Shown here: positions 22,451-33,412 of the stretch, one piece after another
Layout of the letters: each line of letters opens with the position of its first letter
How positions within the stretch are numbered: the stretch's first letter is position 1
Source: Nemertoderma westbladi
Taxonomy: Eukaryota > Animalia > Xenacoelomorpha
NCBI GenBank assembly: GCA_032718475.1
Contig: JAUCBJ010005545.1
Location: forward strand, 1 to 42,704
Direction: 5' to 3'
DNA length: 42,704 bases
The notes under the pieces: model-generated
Told to the model about the DNA's origin: nothing
Database searches by the model: none
The model's input: only the letters and a program-made list of their open reading frames with translations
Program-made: the position numbers and the translations under genes

Positions 22451-22834
22451 CTACTGGTGTATTCTTGGATCTGTCGGAAGTAGTAGAGTCGGAGCAGGAG
22501 CTACTGATATTTCTTCTTGTTCTTCCCAGTGCTCACCCCTACTATAATTATCCAGACTTATCTGGTGAGCTTCTCCTGGTTGGACCCGAACGTTTAAATT
22601 AAAGTTTTTATTTGTTGACAATGTAGTTTGTCGACCTTCGCCACTCGTTTTATTCTTAACCATTATACTAATCTCACCATTGTTATTTTTCAAATGTAAT
22701 TCCATTACATTTAATGATGTAAAAAAGAGTTCTTCCCCATCGAGATCAAATTTTAATAGACAGTCGCTATCTCTATTTCCAATAAATGAAAACGCTATGT
22801 TGGATGTTGGTTGATTGCTTGAATGATGAATCAC
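22451..22834 (-). CDS. Polinton orphan ORF (5' end uncertain)
   Basis: 127-codon open frame with a non-ATG start next to a homopolymer run; minus-strand AATAAA downstream at ~22331; no motif recognised. Confidence 0.45.
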   Translation of the reverse strand: MIHHSSNQPTSNIAFSFIGNRDSDCLLKFDLDGEELFFTSLNVMELHLKNNNGEISIMVKNKTSGEGRQTTLSTNKNFNLNVRVQPGEAHQISLDNYSRGEHWEEQEEISVAPAPTLLLPTDPRIHQ

Positions 22835-23547
22835 CGCGACTGAAGTTTGGAGGTTAGTTTTTTTTTTTGAGCAAGTACAAATATAAGTAGGTCTATACTG
22901 GTATTTTATTTTTTTTTATTTACGGTAACAAAATTATACTTAAGATAGAAAAAATTGAGTTTATATATATTTTTGTAGTGGGTCGCAGATGTTTACATTA
23001 CAAAATTCACATAGTTAACAAAATGCAGAACATAAACCTTTCCCATGCGGATTAGCGATATATGCTCTGTTCATTGTTCTATTCTGAATGTAGGGAAATG
23101 CATAGCTGATGTTTTAATAATATGTACTGGTATACAGGCTAGTAACAGATAGGAGGGCTTCGACTTTGACTATGAATACCAGTACATAGCCCTAAACTTT
23201 TCTCACCGAGCTTAGCGTTGCCTGCTGCACACACACACTCGCACACACTCACTCTCATAAGTAACAGATGCGCTACTGTAGCTCACTCGTGAGCTGCGAT
23301 GCTTAGCTAGCTAGCTAGCTACTGTCTCTGGGTATACTATGCATACTTGGGAGTTACAAGCAATCGCTCTACCGAAGTTAGTTAGTTAGTTAGTTAATTT
23401 CCCCAACTAGTTGTTGATTTAAAAAATATTCATAAATTTCGTCTCCCTCCAATTTAATATATATATATATATATCGGTATATATTTTACAGTAAAAAATC
23501 TCCACCACTAAACAACAACAATAAATTTAACTCTCTCTAATTATATT

Positions 23548-24117
23548 TTACATCAAAAACCCACCACCAAACAATAATAAATTATTAACCAGTTTGTTGA
23601 ATATAGGATAATATATATGAAATTTAAACGGAGAACACATTAATGTACATTTACCAGTGTAGAAGCAGCAAACAACAACAATATTATTTATTCTGACTTT
23701 ATAGTTATTGAATATTTCGGGGTCGTATGAAATTTCTAGTTTAACATTATCAAATATAACATAAAACCCGATATTGTTTATAAGTAACCTATAGATTATG
23801 GTGTCGATACTAAAAATATAAGTACACAAATTGATAGATTTAAAAATCAAATTAATGTTTGTTTTTTCGAATATATGCTTTTTCACTTTATTAAAATTAT
23901 ATTTTCTACCGAGAATTGTTATTCGTCCATTTGTAAACATTAATATGGTTGGACCAAATACCTTATATATAAACTGATTAGGTTTGAGTACAATTTTACC
24001 TGTCAATTGATTTTTTAATTCTTTTAAATTAAGTCCATAAATGATCTGCTTACAACTTATATTTTTATTTACTATTTGATAATTCATCATCAACATCATC
24101 GCCTTTTGGTTCTTCAT
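23548..24117 (-). CDS. Divergent TATA-box-binding-protein (TBP)-like protein
   Basis: Two TBP-type half-repeats: VNKNISC...LNLKEL...P.QFIYK...TILMFTNGRITILG and INLCTYIF...YDPEIFN.YKVR...VCCFYTGKCTLM (compare TBP LIFSSGKMVCTG and YEPELFPGLIYR...LIFVSGKVVLTG). The true start is probably near 24090, overlapping the pPolB end. Confidence 0.7.
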   Translation of the reverse strand: MKNQKAMMLMMNYQIVNKNISCKQIIYGLNLKELKNQLTGKIVLKPNQFIYKVFGPTILMFTNGRITILGRKYNFNKVKKHIFEKTNINLIFKSINLCTYIFSIDTIIYRLLINNIGFYVIFDNVKLEISYDPEIFNNYKVRINNIVVVCCFYTGKCTLMCSPFKFHIYYPIFNKLVNNLLLFGGGFLM

Positions 24118-27100
24118 AAATTGGTATATTTGATATTTTTATAGGTTTTTTGAGGTTTGTTTTATAGTGCCCCCAAGGAAGTGATTGATTTTTATTAACC
24201 CAATAAAGTTTATCATCAAAGCTACTGAGTGCAAATTTATTTTGCTTTAAGGTATAAATACGATGTAATTTAGATTGAAATCTGTGTATGTTTTTTTTAT
24301 TTCTTCATTTGCGTTATATGCTTTTAAATATTCTTCATGTGTAATATTCGTTTCCACAACAGCTCTTGTAATACCTTTTGCTCTACGAATATTTTTGTTA
24401 TTCCATTCCAAAATTGAATATAATTTTGGTCTTAAAAATACAGCTTGTTTAATTTCACGTGAGGCTAGTTCATCTTTACAGTAATAAAGTCCCGATTTAT
24501 TTTTATTACTATAAAGCGGGTGATCCTTAGGGTAATTGGATGTATCTAAAATATTATTTTTAATTAATGCTTTTAAAAAATTATTCTGCGATGTATTATA
24601 GTAACAACCTATTAATGAGTCTGTATCTGATGTAGCAATTTCAATACGGCAGTTTAATTCTTTCTCAATAGGTAGCAATTTATCGTAGTACAGCTCATAC
24701 ATATCCAGTTTAGCCAAATCCAACACTGCGCTACCAATAAATATAGGCTTATCGAGAGTTACAGAGTCTTTCACTAATAAATGTCCCGATAATGTATTAT
24801 TGTATATTATAAATTGTTCATGATTAATACGATTCACCAATTGGTCACATTTATCATTGCTATTTGCGATACGAAAGTTACATCGATCCCGTATCTTTTC
24901 TATTGACTTACCGAATAAAGAGTTATTAAGCAGCTTTGCGACAGCCGTTTCAATGTAACTTTTTCTAGTCGCCTTTGATTAATATTATAATCTATGTAAT
25001 TTTTAAATACAAATTCTTGTTGAAAAGAATATAATTTATGTAGTTTAGTAACAATTAATCCATGTTTTATATAAAATTTTAACAGTTTCAAATATAAATG
25101 ATAAAATTCTTTATCAAATTGCGTCAGCAAGAGTTTTGGTGTAGGCATCTTATATTTACTGGAGGTACCTCTTTGTATCGATAAGTTATTAAATTGTTCC
25201 CTCATATAAGGTGAAAGCATTGATTCATTTATACTTAAATGCTCTGGGGCTAATGGTAATTGTAATGTTTGATCGTGAATAGCTTTGGGGTAATTTAAAT
25301 CACATATTATAAAATATCCAGTAGATCCGTCATTGTCTAAATCTACCAAGTACTCGATTAGTTTTTCTGGAATTGCATTCTCTAAATGTTTAATACTTAC
25401 TTCTTTGAATTGTGAGGTGGGTAGTTTTTTACTTAAATTCCCAGAATATAAAGAGTTGAAATCAATATTAAAAATATGGCATTCTTCCTTAGTAGAATCA
25501 TATGTACTTGTTTCGGGTATATTTGATTCTATATAATGCTTTCGACAAAATGAAACACCACCCCTAATTGATTTTTCAAAATCTCTATATGTCTGATAAT
25601 CCTTTATTAATTCTATTTTACATTTATTATATTTTAGTGCGCAATCATAGGTAAATGACGCAATACTACAGTAAAAAACCACTTCTAAATCGTAATTTTG
25701 TTTACAAACATTCCTAAAATTCTCAAATATATCAGCAAGCAAACAAACATCGAGTTTTAAATAGGCTAAAAGATAATCTTTGAGATTCACACAGTCGAAT
25801 TCTACCCATGATAATCCCGCAAACCTATAATCTTCAATTGTGCATGTTTTTTGACTTAAGTTACTAAAAAAATTATTTATAGATGGTAAACCAGTATCAT
25901 TAAATTTATTTATATCTGTCAAGTACTCGTATGGAAATACTCCTTTCCGATTAATTGTTGAGTTATTCAAGTTTGGATAAAAATATTTCATTTCTTGTAG
26001 AGTAATAGGTAAAATTGAGCTTATATCATGACTCGCTACATCCTTTGTTGAACACTCAACTAAATTACTTAAAGAAAAGCTTAAAAATTGATATGTGTCT
26101 AAGACACGTAACTCAATTTTTTTCGAAGTGTTTTTAATTGGGATAAATGCACTCAGTGAAATATATCGTTCTGTATTTCTCGGTATAACCTTTATATCCC
26201 AATCCGTGTATTTCTTATCTCTAAATCCGGTTTATAATATACAATGTATATCATAATTATTGGAATTGTGCCCGCAAAGTACATACAGGTATCGTTTCAA
26301 TGATAAACTTCGGTTACAACTATTACAGGCTGCCGCAATATATTTACCTGTAATATGTGAATGATGTCTGTTTTTCCCTACATTATTATTTAAAGTAACA
26401 TTACAATAGAAACAAAATTTTGCCTGTTCAAAATTTACAAAATCAATATTAGTAAATAACATAGTTTTATGAGTGTATATTTCTGACCAACAACATAATT
26501 CATTTAAATCAGTATATAATGAATCTAAGAAATCTTGAATACAATTATTATTATTTGACTTTACGAATGTTTTCAAATGACATTTTGGAGGATCAATTAA
26601 TTCACTATTGGGAACAATTAAATAACTCACAGCACACAGTATATGCTCCTGTATAAATTGATTATTAACTGAAGGTTGTAAGATACATTCTATATCAAAG
26701 TAGGTGACAAACAATGGGGATAAGGTTCTATCTAAATTTGTAAAACTAATGTGTGTTCTTTTTTTATTAGGTAGTTTCTCTCGTTGACTTCTTCCTTGGT
26801 AGCAGACGAGACGGTGTCGATGAAGAACTTCCGCTCGAAAAAAATGTCCCAAACACCTTTCACAATATTTCCTATTGTGGATATGAAGAGCTCTCGTATT
26901 CAGCAATCGATTCAAGTTAGTTATGCAAACATAATGATTCAGTTTAGGTACATTGTTATTTTTTACTACAAGTAATATATTTAATAACTCTTTATCAGAT
27001 GTAATTTTACTAAACGGTGGTTGTCTTAATATAGATACGGGGGTGCGTTTGTTGTCGTTATTCCAACATAGTAAATTAATTATATATTTAGAATTTTGTT

Positions 27101-28121
27101 TTTCAAAAAGTTTAATCGCTAACTGCCACTCTGTTGGATAATCATTTTTCCTGTTGTCAAAAATGAAATGACTCATATAATTTTTGTACGACGAAGTATG
27201 GTTTTTGTTGTTTTTCACTTTGCTACCAAATTTTGCGGTTATAATAGCCCATTTGAAACAGTCATTATCAACCGTTTGTATATTTATTGTACATTTTTTA
27301 GCTGATAGAGCCTTAGGTAATTCCATATATCCATGCCCCTTATATAGTAACGACCTACACTTAGATTCAGCTAATTTAATTTCAACCCTTAATAAAGATT
27401 TAACGCGCCACCCTGAGCCACGTGTGTTAAAGATGGCTATTTTTTGTAATATATTTTCCACCACATACTCAAACCATGTGTCAAAACTTTGTGATGAATC
27501 TACAGTATTAATAGTACCACCGGAAGAATTAAAATAAAAGGTTTCCAATTGCTCGCCTTCTGAAAAATGTGATCTGTACATTAATACATTTAGACCTCAC
27601 CACAGTCTAAGAACATTCATTTCTTTCAATCTATCTAATATTAACTGAAGAATATTACCTCGAATTTGCGTTAATGCTGTTTCTACATCGGGATAATCTC
27701 TAGAAGTTGGGAGGTCGTGGACATAAATTTCAAGACGATTATCGTGAGCTTCTTGTTCCCGCGTAAAAATTGTTGCGCATGTACCAAGAGCCACCCTTAA
27801 GTTTTTTCTAGATAATATATTTTTATGTTGCGGAGATTTACGCTTTCTTGTGTAATAACATTTCAAGTGACAGTCGTGTCTTAAATAATTCTCATATGTA
27901 TACTCTTTATTACAGGTAGAACAAGTCAATTGATAGGTACGGAACTCCATTTCTTTACAACCTGTAGTTGATTCATGTCGTTTATAAATTTCGCTGCATG
28001 AAGTCACAACATGACACTTAAAACAAGAATAACCTTCAAAATGTGACCGTAGGTGGCGTAAATAATTATGTCTAGTTACATTCATATGACAGAATGAACA
28101 ACATATTGTTATTTTATCCAT
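24065..28121 (-). pseudogene. Protein-primed family B DNA polymerase (pPolB) with N-terminal Zn fingers, OTU-like region and endonuclease VII-like insert
   Basis: Exo I YFDIE, Exo II HNSNNYD, Exo III YLKLDV, RKGVFPYEY, IRGG, motif A DFNSLY, motif B KLLNNSLFGK (shifted frame), motif C DTDS, and C-terminus KFALSSFDDK...PWGHY. In-frame stops at 27597 and 26232; frameshifts near 24965 and 24295. Confidence 0.95.
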
Positions 28122-28319
28122 GTTAAAGTTTGTTTAGATTAATAATAATAATAATAATAAAATATCACCAAAGATTAAAATAAAATGAAATGAAATGAAA
28201 TGTTTTTGACTATATCTAAACATTTATATGCTAGCGAGTGAAATAATTTTAAATCAATCACCAATCACCAATCGCTTATGGGTGTTGGAAACCTCAAAGA
28301 GTTTAACTTATGATCAGGT

Positions 28320-29384
28320 TTACATGTTAGAATAATAATCTGGTTTCCATGGAGAATTAGTAACTGGATCTACTGGAACTAGGTTACCGGCAACTTTCTG
28401 TTTCTTTGCAGGTGATGCGTTGGTAAATTTACTTGATGATCTTGGCTTCTGAGGTAATATTTCAGGAAAGACCTGTTGCGGTTGAGGGCAACTCTCTTCA
28501 ACATCCGGATTAGGTGATGGGATCTCTACGAATGCTTTAGGTTTATCCAAAAGGACAAAACCATCTACATTGGCTTCAGTAAGAGAAACACCATCCATAG
28601 CCTCTTTGAGAAAACTAATATGGGTTTTATCCTTCAAGTAATGCAACTCAATAGAATTTCCACCTGCTCCTACTTCAGTAGAATTATCGGTGTTGGTGAT
28701 AATAATTTTTTTATTATTGGTTTTAATCATTTTGAGACGGTCTGATAATTGAATGATATTTTTATCAAAAAGATGCTTGTCTGTTTCATCGATTTGGGTG
28801 TCCCACTCTCGCAACAAAACGGTTAGTTCCTGATTTGACAAATTGAAACCCATATAATAGTTAAAACCAACACTATCACCGTATCTGAGGCTGATTTTCC
28901 ATAAGCCAACATAGTTGGTTCCTTTAAAAGCTGTTACAAATCCAATAAACTCTGGATTTGATAATTCAATGTAGAATTGATCGCTAATAATCTCTAGCGG
29001 TGGAGAGAGAAATTGCAATAATTTCCCTCTGTATTGAATTAGAACTTCAGTAAAAGCTTTGTTGAGAACTTTACATTTGCCTTGTTTCTGAACGTAAACA
29101 TCACCCGACGTGGGGTTGATAGAAATATTCAAGTTTCCTCGCGCAAAACGAAGAGCAGCATATATCCTACCTGGTATAATTGCTGGTCTGGATTGATGTT
29201 GGTTGTTGTTGGTTGTTTCTAGAATGTCTAGCAAATAGCGGGTATCTTGATGGGAAAAACAAATTGATTCGTTGTCCTCCTGAGATTCCACAATAAAATA
29301 CTTGATGTGAACGACGGTACAAGTATATTTATTGTAAGTAAATTTCCAGCTATTTGTTGCTCCAGTTTTTTGCGTTAAGGCCAT
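28320..29384 (-). CDS. Putative PC4-like ssDNA-binding/coactivator-fold protein (354 aa, intact)
   Basis: FVTAFKGTNYVGLWK...GFNLSNQELTVL resembles the PC4 pattern VSVRDFKGKVLIDIREY...GISLNPEQWSQL. Weaker second and third copies are possible (ICFSHQD, GVSLTEAN). NLS-like PAKKQK near the C-terminus. Confidence 0.5.
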   Translation of the reverse strand: MALTQKTGATNSWKFTYNKYTCTVVHIKYFIVESQEDNESICFSHQDTRYLLDILETTNNNQHQSRPAIIPGRIYAALRFARGNLNISINPTSGDVYVQKQGKCKVLNKAFTEVLIQYRGKLLQFLSPPLEIISDQFYIELSNPEFIGFVTAFKGTNYVGLWKISLRYGDSVGFNYYMGFNLSNQELTVLLREWDTQIDETDKHLFDKNIIQLSDRLKMIKTNNKKIIITNTDNSTEVGAGGNSIELHYLKDKTHISFLKEAMDGVSLTEANVDGFVLLDKPKAFVEIPSPNPDVEESCPQPQQVFPEILPQKPRSSSKFTNASPAKKQKVAGNLVPVDPVTNSPWKPDYYSNM

Positions 29385-29743
29385 AATAATAATAAATACG
29401 AAAAATATTACAAGTGATAAATTTTAAACCGTATCGCTGTAATAAATTGACACCCATAATAATAACTTTTCAATATAAGAGAGAATCAATAGTAAAAATT
29501 CTGCCATATATTGAAAAGTTATTATTAGGAAAAGGTTAAAAGGAATCAATTTATTACCATGATGATTACAAGTGATGAATTTTAATAAAAACATTCAGTT
29601 ATATATAATTTCTGAATATGTGATGTGGCATAATCAACGTTGAAGAAATGGGATGTGGCATAATCAACGATGAATAAGAAAAGAGATGGGATGCAATGTG
29701 GATGAATGGTTGGTTGGTTGCGTGGATAGGAAATACATGATCG

Positions 29744-30540
29744 AATATGAATCATTGGGTTGTGCGTAATAATAATCAATAATTATAATAAAAACGCGCA
29801 GTATAATGTTAGTAGGCTTTCAATATGCCGCAGATGCTGAGGGTTAGGTTAGGTTGAGTAACTATGGAAATGTGAGAACGTATACGTGACGCGTGGCGAA
29901 ATTTCATGTATCATACTGGTTGGTTGGTTGGTTGGTTTGGTGACAGCAGCCGAGTAGCTCTAGCGGTGGGTAAATCATTGAGTTGGCAATCGATATAATA
30001 TAATAGCGCGGCGTGGCGTGGTATATGCGTGGTGTGCGTAGATGGCCACATCGTCCATGACTGGCTCTATCATCGTTGTCATCATATACAGTATGTGGTA
30101 GCAAGGCGAAAAGGGGAGTAACCGGAGGGCTAGGCAAGCAAGCATCGCTGTTGGTTTGGTTGGTTGGTTGGTTGGTTGGTTGGTTGGTAGGTAACAGCAG
30201 TCGAGTAGCGATGGGTTGGGTATGTGGGGGCTAGCCATGCATCGTGAGGTTAGGCTACGCGAAGATGAATATCAATGATTGGTTGATGCAACGACGCGAA
30301 TCAATACTGACAGGTGGTAACAGCAGTCGAGTAAGGCGGGCATCGCTAGGTTAGGCTACGCGTAGGTGAATATTGATGATTGGTTGATGGCAACGACGCG
30401 AATCAATACTGATGGTGGCAGATGGTCATTAAACACCGTAATTTAGCACCGGAATTTGGCATTTTGAATAGTCCTCCGAGATATCTCCCATAGCCCAAGC
30501 TAGGGAGGACTATGGTGAGGAACCCTCTTCCTCTACTACT
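29744..30540 (-). repeat. Polinton right terminal inverted repeat (has ~205 bp missing from the left TIR)
   Basis: Reverse complement of 11449-12050 with an extra segment at ~30015-30222. Confidence 0.95.
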
Positions 30541-31049
30541 CTTGTCTGATCTGATCTGACGGCATCTGATCCTATAACCAATCAGGAGAAAGAGATATAA
30601 TATTTACCTAACTGTCTGTTAGGTAATTAGCCAATAGGGGATCGAATCAGGTTACCCTGTTACGTATCAGCATCATCATACTGTATGACGGCAGTACAGT
30701 TAGACAGTACAGGCATACCGGTATGCAGCCAAAGCAGCAAGGCATGTTATTATGTATTCAAAATGCGATATAGGGTGAAGGATGGCATGAAAGTTGTGTG
30801 ATTGCCCCAGCAAAGATGGATACTGTAGTTTCAGATGTAAACAACTTTCGTAGTTTAGTGAAACATTAAACATTTATTAAAAACAATATGGGTACAGCCT
30901 TTGTTGCAATATTTTACTAATATTCTTTCTTGTTAATAGTTATCATTATTAATAGTTAAAGTTAATTATTTTAATTATAATTAATATTATTAAATAATGA
31001 TACTTATTAGTATATTACATTTAAAATATTTATTGTTTGTTTGTTACGC

Positions 31050-31385
31050 TAAAGGGAAGGCAGGAAGGAAGATGTTTTGTTACTTACCTCATAACCAAAG
31101 CAATAAACGTGTGTTGATCAGGTTACATCTGTACATGGTTTTGCTTCTCTAACCAAAACAATATAACCTGTTGTAACTTATAATTGGGGGAAAGGAGCAG
31201 GTTACAGGGCGGGCTTTTCTAACCAAACAATGAACTTTGTTGAATCCTACCAATTGAGGGAAAGGAGCATTTTACAGAGGCAGGGTTTTCTAACCAAAAC
31301 AATAAACGATTATGTTACCTACCAATTGAGGGAAAGGAAAATGTTACCGTGGCTGTTTTTTCTAACCAAAACAATAAACAACCAT
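31050..31385 (+). repeat. Diverged ~63-bp tandem repeat, ~5 copies, dispersed family
   Basis: Recurring TTTTCTAACCAAAACAATAAAC...AATTGAGGGAAAGGAGCAGGTTACAG; related copies at 33050-33165 and inverted at 11090-11180. Confidence 0.8.
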
Positions 31386-33011
31386 TCCGCCACCTTATCC
31401 CCACATTCCCATCCACCCACATTCTCATCTTCCCACATGCCCATCCAGCCACCTTCCCAAAAGCTAATCAACCCACCTTCACACCCACCCACCTTACTAA
31501 CCATCCGACTGACTGATCAACAGATCATCCCCCTTAAAAAATAAAGGACTTCGCGCAGCACGGGAAAATAAGAAAGTTCCCTAATGATAGTGAATGGGCC
31601 AAATTCCTTTCCGATGTGTTTGTTTTTTCGCTGGGGAATGGAATCCTGTAAAACTTTACATGGCCGCATTTACATACCTTACACTGATTCCATATACTGT
31701 ACGTCCGTGTTTTATCCAGAGTCAACGTTTTGGTTTTATTGGCGTTATAAAACTCGAAACATACTGTACTCGTTTCGTACCGGTACCTTTTGTTCATATA
31801 AACATAAACTAATAAAGTGTAAACCACAACACTAAAGGTGGAACGTAAGTATGTCAGATAGAGATACCGTCAGATCATATCAGATCCAAGATCAGATAAG
31901 GACAGACATTTTAGCCATCCTACTTGCACACGTAAAATATTTTTGTGCACGCCTAACCCAGTACAGCTCAGTACACAGTAACCAGCTAACACGACGCTGC
32001 ACACGTAATTTTTGGTACTGCACGCCTGCACGCGTTGATTTTTCATACTGCAGGCGCAATATTTTTTCGAGTGATTTCAGGATTTACAGACTGCAGAAAG
32101 GAATGACTTCTAAACTAGGCCTCTATCTCAGCTTATGGCCTTAACACCTGATGGCAGTTTATGGCACAGGCACACTGCATGCACTGACTGATATAGGCCT
32201 GTCAGCCTGTCGCATTCAGCTTGTAGGCATACCAGCCCAGCATACCGTACCGGTACCCAAATACTGAAATACCGGTGTAACAGATAATTTTCACTCCCCT
32301 TGGGCATTTGCTGACTTGTGTCAAATAGGCCTACAGAAATAGGCAATACAGCAATAGGGGACCCTGCTAATCGGCTAATCGAAGTCAATAATGCCCGGTC
32401 TGCCGGTTAGTACTGTAGTAAAGGAGCAGTTGACGAGAGTTTGGAATATTGTTATCACCTGCTAAAAATCAGGATTGTGTGTAAATACTGGCGCGCTCTC
32501 GTCACTGGTGTGATCATGATTCTGTAATATGTAGGGCTGGGAGACCTCAAGTGACAAAATAAAACAACAGTTTTAGCTAGCTTTCACCCACACCCACAGG
32601 GCTTCTTCAGGCTAGTTTGGTTTTGGTACTACGTATTTACCGAAAAACTGCACGCACTGACTGATCTGACTGAAATATCAGGATTAGCAGGTGATTTCAG
32701 TTATCAGATTAGGAGGGTCCCCTATCACCTATTTGACACAAGTGCCTCCCCTTGCAAAATCACCCCCTGCTGCCCGGTTAAAATTCCGTATGCCGTACAG
32801 CTGTAGTTTATTCTCAATCCCGGCAGCCGCTGCCGGGGTGTATTTTTAACCCCCTCCAGTGAAAACTCACCGCTGCAATCCCTTGCATTTGTCCATTTTC
32901 ACTCTCCGTGCAAATCCTTCCCCGGCTAAATTTCCCTAAAAATATACCGAACCCCGGGTGAATTCGAACCAGGCGGTGAAAGAAATACCTAGGCTACACT
33001 AGGGAATTTTA

Positions 33012-33274
33012 GGTTATCGTTCATATGCGTACCTCTCACCTCTGGCAAAAGAAGCAGGTTACAGTGGTGGTGTTTTCTAACCAAAACAATAAACTAATCT
33101 CCATTACTTAATTAACGGAAAGGAGCAAGTTACAGTGGTGGGCTTTTCTAACCAAAACAATAGGCAGATAGGCCTAAACAATATCTCAATAACATAGGGT
33201 ATTTCATACTTATAGCTGTATAGTCTTATTTTTGCAATACGAAAATACCAGAGGTACGCATATGAACTATAACT
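33012..33274. mobile_element. 263-bp MITE, possibly Merlin-like
   Basis: TIRs GGTTATCGTTCATATGCGTACCTCT and AGAGGTACGCATATGAACTATAACT; 8-bp direct repeat GAATTTTA at 33004-33011 and 33275-33282. Confidence 0.75.
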
Positions 33275-33412
33275 GAATTTTAACCGGGAACTGACAGACT
33301 GAAGTTTTAGGGGGGTGGAACTTCTCTGCTACACCCTGACACCGGTCTAGCTACAGAGCTAGGCCTATTGTAGGCCCTGTTATCCAGTTATCAGGCTATT
33401 CTGTAAATAAAA

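Larger units (their letters stand above)
11449..30540. mobile_element. Full-length Polinton/Maverick (endogenous adintovirus-like element), 19,092 bp, inactivated
   Basis: 5'-AGTAGTAG...CTACTACT-3' termini; 6-bp TSD CTTGTC (11443-11448 and 30541-30546); long TIRs; pPolB, integrase, ATPase, protease, MCP and mCP genes; AT-rich interior. Confidence 0.98.

Noticed and set aside
29842-29856. (TTAGG)n telomere-like motif in the TIRs
   Set aside because: Only 2-3 copies, too short to imply telomeric function or host taxon.
31230-32388. Cluster of 60-104-aa ORFs
   Set aside because: They overlap repeats on both strands with no recognisable protein motifs.
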